Below, one piece after another: positions 43,668-51,111 of a DNA stretch of 51,111 nt; the stretch's first letter is position 1, and every line of letters begins with the position of its first letter. The notes beneath the pieces are model-generated. The model was not told the DNA's origin and searched no databases. It saw nothing but the letters and a program-made list of their open reading frames with translations. The stretch comes from Escherichia phage tunus: the sequence record NC_049816.1; one strand, 5' to 3'. Position numbers and translations under genes: made by a program.

Positions 43668-45664
43668 TAAACAAACTCCCGTTTTGCAATGTTATCCTCA
43701 CCTTTGCCGTTTTTGCGATGCGTTACGCGTACAGGCGGCATGATGTGATGAGCGTATGACATTATTTTACGCGCATTTCTATAGCTCGCCACCATACCAG
43801 CAATCTTGCGATCCGGTATGTGCTGCAATGCTATTTTTCTCCATATCGTCCTGCAAATGTTGCTTTCTGACTCAGGGAAAAATCTTTCGTATGCCTTGAA
43901 CGTGTCGCCGTTGGCCTCAAGCTCATAGCAAAAAATAATTCCTTTCTGGTTTTTCGTCATATCAACGCGGAAAGATTTAACGTTGCACCAATCGTTTTTG
44001 GTGTAGTGCTTACCGCTTAACTTCTCGTTAGGATCGACAAGAGAAATATCGCAACAACGGCATACTCTCGCCACTACGTCGTTTTTTGTTCCGCAACCGC
44101 GCTTGATTATCTTTTTCGTTCTCGGATCTACCTGGTCCTCGCAAATTCTGTAAGTCCAAAAATGCTCGCATCTCTTCCCGTTATCGTCTACGTGCATACA
44201 TCGGCGAGCGTAAAAGCTGTTTAGCGTTCCACATATCGGACAAGTCTTAGGCTCTTTCCCGTTTGTAAATCTCTTTTGGAATTGCGCTTGCTCAAGGATT
44301 GGATCGAAATACAAATCCCCTAACTCATCCATAGTACCTGCAAAATCCAATACAAGATGATCTTTTTTCTTGAATCCCTGATCAATGTGCCATTGCTTAA
44401 GCAGTCGCATGCCGCGCCCCAAAAGCTGGATAAGCAATGTTAGAGATCCTATCTTTCTCAGTATTACCGAAGTATCCCAAAACGGAACGTTAACGCCAGT
44501 GGTAAGCGCCTGTACCTGGAAGATGTATTTTACTTTTCCCTCGTATGCCTCCCTCAGCCACTCTTTACGCTGATTATCTCCAGTCTTGCCAGTTATGATC
44601 CTGTATTCAACGCCTGGCGGCAGTGCGGCGGCGGCCTCCTTGCAGTGCCTTTCCCCTGCGCATGTAACTAAAACTCCGTTCCTGTCTTTGCATATCTCAT
44701 GGACTTTAGCCATGATTTTCTGTGTCATTGTTGCGTCTTGATGGATCTTTTCTTCCATCTTGCGCAATGTTTTAGCGTCAAAGTCTGAAACGCCATCCTC
44801 GCTACTGGCTTCGAACTCTGAAAGGTCATAACCCAGGTCGCCTACGTCGCCGAAGTTTGTTGGCACTACCGAACCGAATTTGATTAAGTAGTTTGTGTCT
44901 ATGTTAGTCACCTGCTCACGCCAGAATCCCTTTTTGTTCTTATCTTCAACCAGTATTGGAACCACGCCGCGAAATTCAGATCCAGTCATACCGAATATTC
45001 GCAATTCGTGCCCGTATGCCTCGCGACACCTGCGCATCATTTCCATGATTATTACGGTGTACTGTGTGCGTCCTGTTCCGAACATTGGATCGCCATTGGA
45101 ATCAAATTGCTGTTCTTCTCCAATCAGTACTGGCAAATCCTTCTTAGTGGTCATCTGCTGGTAAGATTCATTATTTTCTATCGCGTCCGCGAGATCCTCC
45201 CAATCCACCTGGTGACATTCATCAATACCGATAACGTGCGGAACATAATCACCTAACGACTTAAACAATCCGTTTACTACAGTGCCCTCAGAACCGACCA
45301 CGATCGGAAAGTATGCGCTTTTTGTTTTCAGTCCGGCGCAATAGATTGAGTTTGGCACTCCAAGATTGCTGATCTCTTCCGAATCCTGATCAACAATTTC
45401 AGCCTGGCGAGCAAGGACCATCATTTTCAATCCCATTTTTCGGCATTGCGCCGCAACCATCGCAAACATCAATGTTTTGCCAGCCGACACAGAAGCCTTA
45501 ACAAAGAAAGGATGCTCATAGTTTTTCATGCGCTTTGCGATCTCGGCATACGCAACGCACTGATAAGGATAAGGCACTATATTGCCAACCGTGAATCGCT
45601 CTTGGATGCTTTTTATTACTGCCTCGCCTAACGCTGATATTTGTTTTTCGATATTTGGAATCAT
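43667..45664 (-). CDS. SF2 DNA helicase with C-terminal zinc-finger region
   Basis: 665 aa; motif I VSAGKTL, motif II IDECH; several CxxC pairs in C-terminal third. Confidence 0.8.
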   Translation of the reverse strand: MIPNIEKQISALGEAVIKSIQERFTVGNIVPYPYQCVAYAEIAKRMKNYEHPFFVKASVSAGKTLMFAMVAAQCRKMGLKMMVLARQAEIVDQDSEEISNLGVPNSIYCAGLKTKSAYFPIVVGSEGTVVNGLFKSLGDYVPHVIGIDECHQVDWEDLADAIENNESYQQMTTKKDLPVLIGEEQQFDSNGDPMFGTGRTQYTVIIMEMMRRCREAYGHELRIFGMTGSEFRGVVPILVEDKNKKGFWREQVTNIDTNYLIKFGSVVPTNFGDVGDLGYDLSEFEASSEDGVSDFDAKTLRKMEEKIHQDATMTQKIMAKVHEICKDRNGVLVTCAGERHCKEAAAALPPGVEYRIITGKTGDNQRKEWLREAYEGKVKYIFQVQALTTGVNVPFWDTSVILRKIGSLTLLIQLLGRGMRLLKQWHIDQGFKKKDHLVLDFAGTMDELGDLYFDPILEQAQFQKRFTNGKEPKTCPICGTLNSFYARRCMHVDDNGKRCEHFWTYRICEDQVDPRTKKIIKRGCGTKNDVVARVCRCCDISLVDPNEKLSGKHYTKNDWCNVKSFRVDMTKNQKGIIFCYELEANGDTFKAYERFFPESESNICRTIWRKIALQHIPDRKIAGMVASYRNARKIMSYAHHIMPPVRVTHRKNGKGEDNIAKREFV

Positions 45665-45696
45665 CTTAAACCTTTAAAAAATGCCATTTGGAGTAT

Positions 45697-45742
45697 ATAA
45701 TAGACTCATTACAATAAACTGTTTTAACAAAAAATGCTATGA
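45697..45742 (-). promoter_or_regulatory. Phage promoter module for helicase unit (box + 19-bp spacer + TATTAT)
   Basis: Box variant on minus strand in the divergent region between helicase and HTH gene. Confidence 0.45.
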
Positions 45743-45751
45743 GGTGACTAG

Positions 45752-46228
45752 ATGAAAGATGCACGAATTGCGGTGTCTACGGGTGAGATCGACAAGCGCA
45801 CTATTAACGGTAACAACGGAACGCGACGAGGTAAAGACAAAAAGCCACGAAAACACCGAACCGGATTTCTTATCCTGCGAGATGAGGTAAAAGCAAGCCT
45901 GAAATCTCGCTTGGATATTCTGATCGAGTATTATGGCGGTGTTCCTGCTATGGCTCGACGTCTACGCGTATCTCAGCAAGTCGTTAACCAATGGCGAAAG
46001 CGTGGTATGATTTCAGCCGCTGGAGCACAAAAGGTGCATAACGACTACAAATATAATGGATGCAAAGGATACCGCGCATCATTTTGTCGTCCAGATCTGC
46101 GGTTTGATTCTAACGGTAAGCCTCTTACTACCCGTTGCGACAAATACGAGATGTTGCGCGTAGTCAAAAATTCAGACTACGAACCAGGCGGACGATTCTA
46201 CAAAGGTGATAACAGCACAAATAGCTAA
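45752..46228 (+). CDS. HTH DNA-binding protein (Cro/CI-like helix-turn-helix)
   Basis: 158 aa, RBS GAGGTG; HTH segment MARRLRVSQQVVNQWRKRGMIS; basic N-terminus. Confidence 0.55.
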   Translation: MKDARIAVSTGEIDKRTINGNNGTRRGKDKKPRKHRTGFLILRDEVKASLKSRLDILIEYYGGVPAMARRLRVSQQVVNQWRKRGMISAAGAQKVHNDYKYNGCKGYRASFCRPDLRFDSNGKPLTTRCDKYEMLRVVKNSDYEPGGRFYKGDNSTNS

Positions 46229-46283
46229 TGATAAGGCTCAGCGAAATGATAATATTTGCTGGGCTTTTTTATTGAGGTTTGCC

Positions 46284-47213
46284 ATGAATACTGAAAACTT
46301 TATGACCTATCAGAAAGAAGATGTTTTGCCATATATGAAGGGGTTATGGCGTGAAGCACTACAAAGCATTTGCGGACTGCATAGCGATGTTTTCAACAAA
46401 AAGCATCAACCTTGCCCACACTGCGGCGGTAAGGATCGTTTTAGATGGACTGATAAGCTAAATGAAGAGGGCGACGGCGGCGCGATCTGCAACGTATGCG
46501 GCAACGACACGGGGATCGGTTGGTTAATGAAATTAACTGGCGAACCTTACAGCGAGGCCATCAACATTTTGGGCCGCTTCCTCGGAAAAGTGCCACAAGA
46601 TTACAGGATCAGAGCAAACAAACGCGCTTCGCGTTCTTCTGGTTACTCGTTCGGGAAACAGGCAAGTCATGAATGTTGCGAAAAAGTGATGGCAAAAACA
46701 TTAAAATTCGATCGCACACCTTTAAGCGTTTATGAGGGGATATATCCGCCGGAAGATTGTCATTATGATTGCGGCGTCAAGGATGGTCGATACATTCACG
46801 CGCTACCTTGTCACCTGGTGCATGATGACGGGCTGGATGATGAAATGTGTAACGTGCTTTTCATTGATGAGGATGGAAAGGATTGGTTTTTAGCTCGCGA
46901 CTACACGCGCGGATCTGTTGTTAAAACAGGTAGCACAGATAAGACGATCTATTTGTGCCTTGATTGGGTTGATTCTCAGCATGTTCATTTATCAACTGGT
47001 CAAGAGGTGTGGGCCTGTTTTACTCCTTCAAATCTTGAAATGGTTGCGCATAGATATAAAGGAGAAAGAAGAATGCGCGTAGTCTGCCGGAAAGATGATC
47101 GTGATGTGATAATCGCGGCAGAGGAAAGAGGGCTTGACATAATTATGCCTGTTAACGATAATTTTAAACAGGGCGTAGAAAGAAAACTCTACAAGCCTGA
47201 ATCACTGCTATAA
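46284..47213 (+). CDS. DNA primase (zinc-ribbon + TOPRIM-like)
   Basis: ATG at 46284 with RBS GAGG; N-terminal CPHCGG...CNVCG zinc ribbon; hairpin with T-run between HTH gene and this start. Confidence 0.65.
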   Translation: MNTENFMTYQKEDVLPYMKGLWREALQSICGLHSDVFNKKHQPCPHCGGKDRFRWTDKLNEEGDGGAICNVCGNDTGIGWLMKLTGEPYSEAINILGRFLGKVPQDYRIRANKRASRSSGYSFGKQASHECCEKVMAKTLKFDRTPLSVYEGIYPPEDCHYDCGVKDGRYIHALPCHLVHDDGLDDEMCNVLFIDEDGKDWFLARDYTRGSVVKTGSTDKTIYLCLDWVDSQHVHLSTGQEVWACFTPSNLEMVAHRYKGERRMRVVCRKDDRDVIIAAEERGLDIIMPVNDNFKQGVERKLYKPESLL

Positions 47214-47227
47214 AACTCCGCTAGTAT

Positions 47228-47255
47228 TGCCCCGCTTATGCGGGGTTTTTTTTTG
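47228..47255 (+). terminator. Intrinsic terminator after primase
   Basis: CCCCGCttatGCGGGG followed by T9. Confidence 0.65.
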
Positions 47256-47319
47256 CACTTGAAAATGCTATTATCTGCATTGTCATTAGCAAAAAGTGCT
47301 ATTTAGGAGGATTTTACAA

Positions 47320-49293
47320 ATGGCGATTTACAGACAAGGCCAAGCGTCTATGGACGCGCAAGGTTATGTAACTGGTTACGGTACAAAATGGCGTGAGCAA
47401 TTAACCTTGATTCGCCCAGGTGCAACTATTTTCTTTCTTGCTCAACCTTTGCAAGCTGCTGTGATTACAGAAGTGATTAGCGATACAAGCATTCGCGCAA
47501 TTACTACTGGCGGCGCGGTAGTACAGAAGACAAATTACCTGATCTTGCTTCATGACTCGTTAACGGTTGACGGTCTTGCGCAAGACGTAGCGGAAACGTT
47601 GCGTTATTACCAGGGGAAGGAATCGGAGTTTGCTGGATTTATTGAGATCATCAAGGATTTTGATTGGGATAAGCTACAGAAGATCCAGGAAGACGTAAAG
47701 ACAAATGCTGACGCAGCCGCAGCAAGCCAGAAGGCAGCTAAAACTAGCGAGAATAACGCAAAGACAAGCGCAACAAATGCAGAGAATAGCAAGAAAGGTG
47801 CTGACACTGCAAAGGCTGCCGCTGAATCCGCGCGCGACGCTGCAAACACTGCAAAGACTGGCGCTGAAGCAGCAAAGTCTGGCGCTGAATCCGCGCGTGA
47901 CGCTGCGAACACTGCAAAGGCAGGAGCTGAAAGTGCGCGAGATCAAGCGGAGGAATACGCAAAGCAGGCCGCAGAACCTTACAAGGACTTATTGCAACCG
48001 TTGCCGGACGTGTGGATACCATTTAATGATTCCCTGGATATGATTACCGGATTCTCGCCGTCATACAAAAAGATTGTCATAGGTGACGATGAGATCACGA
48101 TGCCAGGCGACAAGATTGTCAAATTTAAACGTGCATCAACCGCTACTTACATTAATAAGTCTGGAATGTTTACCGTTGCTGATATTGATGAACCACGTTT
48201 TGAACGTGATGGCCTGCTTATTGAGGGGCAAAGAACGAACTACATGCTCAATTCGGAAAGCCCTGCCAGTTGGGGGCGATCGTCAAATATGGATGTTCCC
48301 GAAACCGGGAAGGATAGTTTTGGTTTTACCTATGGAAAGTTTGTCTGTAACGATTCTCTGATTGGGCAAACCTCAGCCATTAATATGGCATCAATTGCTG
48401 CAACAAAGTCAGTTGATGTCTCAGGCGATAATAAATACGTGACAACCTCATGTCGTTTTAAAACAGAACTGCAGGTAAGGTTGCGTATCCGATTTGATAA
48501 ATATGACGGTAGCGCAACAACTTTTCTTGGTGATGCGTATATTGATACACAAACGCTTGAAATTAATATTACAGGCGGTGCTGCATCAAGGATTACCGCA
48601 AGAGCTAAAAGAGATGATGTTACTGGCTGGGTTTTTGCGGAAGCTACAATACAGGCTGTTGATGGTGAGATAAAAATAGGATCTCAAATACAATATGCAC
48701 CACAGGAAGGTGGTGCAACTGTATCTGGTGATCACATATATCTTGCAACTCCACAGGTAGAGAATGGGTCTTGTGTTTCTTCATTTATTATTTCTGGGGT
48801 GAATGCAACTACAAGGGCAAGCGATATGGTTACAGTGCCAATAAAAAACAACCTTTACAATTTGCCGTTTACAGTTCTTGTGGAGGCTCACAAAAACTGG
48901 AGTAGGACTCCAAATGCTGCGCCTCGTGTTTTTGATACTGGAGGTCATCAATATGGTGCGGCAATTATTCTTGCTTTCGGATCTGCCGAGGGCGATAATG
49001 ATGGATTCCCTTATTGCGATATAGGTGGATCAAACAGAAGGGTTTACGAGAATGCAAAACTAAAAAAGATGATCATGGGAATGAGAGTAAAGAGTGATTA
49101 CAATAATTGCTGTGTAAGTAATGCCAGAATATCAAGCGAAACAAAAACGGAATGGAGATATATAGTATCAACGGCTAATATAAGGATTGGCGGACAAACA
49201 AGTACAGGCGAACGCCATCTTTTCGGGCACGTTAGAAACTTCCGTATATGGCACAAGGCACTAACAGATCATCAATTGGGGGAAATTGTATAA
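47320..49293 (+). CDS. Tail fibre protein (side / L-shaped fibre candidate)
   Basis: About 657 aa, RBS AGGAGG; Ala-rich repeats then beta-rich C-terminal domain. Confidence 0.7.
   Translation: MAIYRQGQASMDAQGYVTGYGTKWREQLTLIRPGATIFFLAQPLQAAVITEVISDTSIRAITTGGAVVQKTNYLILLHDSLTVDGLAQDVAETLRYYQGKESEFAGFIEIIKDFDWDKLQKIQEDVKTNADAAAASQKAAKTSENNAKTSATNAENSKKGADTAKAAAESARDAANTAKTGAEAAKSGAESARDAANTAKAGAESARDQAEEYAKQAAEPYKDLLQPLPDVWIPFNDSLDMITGFSPSYKKIVIGDDEITMPGDKIVKFKRASTATYINKSGMFTVADIDEPRFERDGLLIEGQRTNYMLNSESPASWGRSSNMDVPETGKDSFGFTYGKFVCNDSLIGQTSAINMASIAATKSVDVSGDNKYVTTSCRFKTELQVRLRIRFDKYDGSATTFLGDAYIDTQTLEINITGGAASRITARAKRDDVTGWVFAEATIQAVDGEIKIGSQIQYAPQEGGATVSGDHIYLATPQVENGSCVSSFIISGVNATTRASDMVTVPIKNNLYNLPFTVLVEAHKNWSRTPNAAPRVFDTGGHQYGAAIILAFGSAEGDNDGFPYCDIGGSNRRVYENAKLKKMIMGMRVKSDYNNCCVSNARISSETKTEWRYIVSTANIRIGGQTSTGERHLFGHVRNFRIWHKALTDHQLGEIV
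47815..47945 (+). repeat. In-frame 63-bp tandem repeat inside tail fibre gene
   Basis: Two near-identical 36-bp cores GCTGAATCCGCGCG(C/T)GACGCTGC(A/G)AACACTGCAAAG at 47821 and 47884. Confidence 0.5.
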
Positions 49294-49571
49294 TGCGTGA
49301 TTTAACACTGAAATTTGTAGACAAGGCGGAGTTTTCCGCCTTTCTGGAAGAAATTGAATGGAACGAAAACGAATCCATTCAGGATGCAATCCTGCTCGAT
49401 GTAATCGGCAATACTTACACAGTAATTGCACGATCTGACGATGGCGATGAGATTGCGCGAAAGAACGACGGCTATTTCGTCAATGTGCGAATCATTGATG
49501 ATAAGTTTGATGCCGTAATTTTTAATGGATACGTGGTTGAGTTAGATCAGCCTATTAGAGAATGGGCTTAA
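49293..49571 (+). CDS. Hypothetical protein (possible tail fibre accessory)
   Basis: ATG at 49293 overlapping tail fibre stop (TAATG). Confidence 0.4.
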   Translation: MRDLTLKFVDKAEFSAFLEEIEWNENESIQDAILLDVIGNTYTVIARSDDGDEIARKNDGYFVNVRIIDDKFDAVIFNGYVVELDQPIREWA

Positions 49572-49583
49572 GGAGTTAGGAAA

Positions 49584-50321
49584 ATGGCTACAGTCACTGT
49601 TATACCTAGTGATATAACGAAGCTGAAAAATGACGTTTCAACACTAAAACAGGATGTTGCTACTATTCCTGGTGATATAACGAAGCTGAAAAGTGATGTT
49701 TCGACACTAAAACAGGATGTTGCAGGAAAAGCATCAACTGCTGATGTTGACAATAAGTTGAAACCGTATCTAAAACAAACTGATCTATCATCCGAGTTGG
49801 GTAGCGGAAGGTATAGTGGGAGTTTTTACCCCCTAACTGGTAACGATGCATTTTATTTATTTAATATTAACACAACCGCTCAATCAGCAAACTTATGGCT
49901 TGATCCAAATGCTGGAGTGTCGCAAGTTTTACGCTCAACTTCCTCTTCTCGTTATAAGCGCAGCGTAGAATCGGTTATTGATGAATATGCGGATCTGATG
50001 CTTGAAATGCGTCCTGTGTGGTATCGGTCAACTTGTGAAAGCGACCGTAAAGATTGGGGATGGTACGGACTGATTGCAGAGGAAGTTGGAGAGGTTGCGC
50101 CGGAGTACGTTCACTGGCGACCTCTGCAAGAAGGAGAAGATCCTGCCATTGCTTCAAGTAATGGCATGGTGGCGGAAGGCGTTATGTATGACCGCCTCAC
50201 TGTTCCACTGATTCACCACGTTAAGAAACTGAAAGCGGAAAACGATGAGATGAGAAAAGAAATTGACGAGCTAAAAGCGGTTGTAGAGGCACTGGTAAAC
50301 AAACCAACCACGTTAGACTAA
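49584..50321 (+). CDS. Tail fibre/spike protein with C-terminal intramolecular chaperone-like domain
   Basis: 245 aa, RBS AAGGAG; N-terminal 21-aa tandem repeat; C-terminus (DWGWYGLIAEEVGEVAPEYV...) resembles self-cleaving chaperone domains of fibre proteins. Confidence 0.6.
   Translation: MATVTVIPSDITKLKNDVSTLKQDVATIPGDITKLKSDVSTLKQDVAGKASTADVDNKLKPYLKQTDLSSELGSGRYSGSFYPLTGNDAFYLFNINTTAQSANLWLDPNAGVSQVLRSTSSSRYKRSVESVIDEYADLMLEMRPVWYRSTCESDRKDWGWYGLIAEEVGEVAPEYVHWRPLQEGEDPAIASSNGMVAEGVMYDRLTVPLIHHVKKLKAENDEMRKEIDELKAVVEALVNKPTTLD
49605..49730 (+). repeat. In-frame 63-bp tandem repeat (2 copies) inside fibre gene
   Basis: Direct repeat about 90 percent identical, period 63 bp, encoding IPxDITKLKxDVSTLKQDVA twice. 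Confidence 0.6.
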
Positions 50322-50350
50322 AAAATGCCCCGCATATGCGGGGCTTTTTG
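50322..50350. terminator. Bidirectional intrinsic terminator between fibre gene and ssb
   Basis: GCCCCGCAtaTGCGGGGC with A5 upstream and T5 downstream. Confidence 0.65.
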
Positions 50351-50353
50351 TTA

Positions 50354-50806
50354 TCAGAATGGTATATCGTCGTCAAAGTCAATCGGCGGCTGATTGCTTT
50401 GCTGCGGCTGCTGTTGAGTATTTTGTTGCTGTTGCTGTTGTGGTTGCCCCCATCCTCCTTGCGTTCGCTGCTGATATTGTTGCTGGCTTTCACCTCTCTG
50501 GCTAAATAGCAAGTTTGCAAATCCGCCAGGTTGCACGGTGCTGTAAATCTTTCCGTTGTATTCTCGCGTTTCAACCCGCAAGGTATCGCAGGAAACAGAA
50601 ATAACCTTGCCTACCTGGAATGCCTCAGCATACCAACCATTCAGGCCGTCTGTTTTCGCGTTAAAGAAAAACACATAGTTTGTATACTGCCAATTTCCTT
50701 CACGATCTTTATATCGTTCGGAAAGCTCAACAACATATAGCGTACTGCCGTTAGGCATTTGCTTTACTTTTGGCTCTTTTCGGATCTCACCGGTAATAAC
50801 GTGCAT
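50354..50806 (-). CDS. ssb: Single-stranded DNA-binding protein
   Basis: ATG at 50806 with RBS AGGAGAAAA; Gln/Gly-rich linker and acidic tail ending DDDIPF. Confidence 0.85.
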   Translation of the reverse strand: MHVITGEIRKEPKVKQMPNGSTLYVVELSERYKDREGNWQYTNYVFFFNAKTDGLNGWYAEAFQVGKVISVSCDTLRVETREYNGKIYSTVQPGGFANLLFSQRGESQQQYQQRTQGGWGQPQQQQQQNTQQQPQQSNQPPIDFDDDIPF

Positions 50807-50828
50807 TTTGTTTTCTCCTATGACAAAA

Positions 50829-50849
50829 GGGGCGCAAGCGCCCCGTTTA
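50829..50849 (-). terminator. Terminator/attenuator-like hairpin between erf and ssb
   Basis: GGGGCGCttGCGCCCC followed by U-rich stretch on minus strand. Confidence 0.4.

Positions 50850-51111
<262 letters not shown>

Noticed and set aside
1949-47304. The 21-bp box as a CRISPR array or as a T7-type promoter for a phage RNA polymerase
   Set aside because: Copies are kilobases apart with genes between them, so not a CRISPR array; no single-subunit RNA polymerase gene is present, and each copy pairs with a sigma70-like -10.
47607-48043. Four overlapping ORFs in three frames over the tail fibre repeat region
   Set aside because: Artefacts of the Ala-rich repetitive GC-rich sequence; the fibre frame is continuous and preceded by AGGAGG.

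Overview
This 51,111-bp window reads as a complete, gene-dense tailed dsDNA phage genome with a T1-like (Drexlerviridae-type) gene repertoire; no tool or database search was run, so every product call rests on motifs and gene order read by eye. The window ends are probably contiguous: an erf-like gene is cut at position 1 and its reading frame continues without a stop from the window end. Minus strand 3217-23214 carries a lambda-like morphogenesis block: small and large terminase, portal, Mu-F-like minor head protein, protease/scaffold, two paralogous capsid-associated proteins, major capsid protein, neck and tail proteins, G/G-T chaperone with a -1 frameshift, tape measure, M/L/K/I and a J-like central fibre. 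Minus strand 23293-31879 and plus strand 32578-39245 hold many small early genes plus a P-loop kinase, a HAD phosphatase, an m5C-methyltransferase-like protein and a 526-aa SF3-like NTPase. Minus strand 39260-45664 carries the lysis cassette (pinholin, SAR endolysin, unimolecular spanin), an HTH-metallophosphoesterase, Dam methyltransferase, a VRR-NUC nuclease and an SF2 helicase. Plus strand 45752-50321 has an HTH protein, primase and two tail-fibre genes; minus strand 50354-392 has SSB, erf and exonuclease. The most striking non-coding signals are a family of about 16 near-identical promoter modules, two homologous control regions with phased GATTA repeats, and a 200-nt GC-rich leader with no ORF. 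No tRNA, rRNA, CRISPR array, integrase or transposase was seen. Start coordinates are chosen from in-frame ATG plus Shine-Dalgarno and are less certain than stops.
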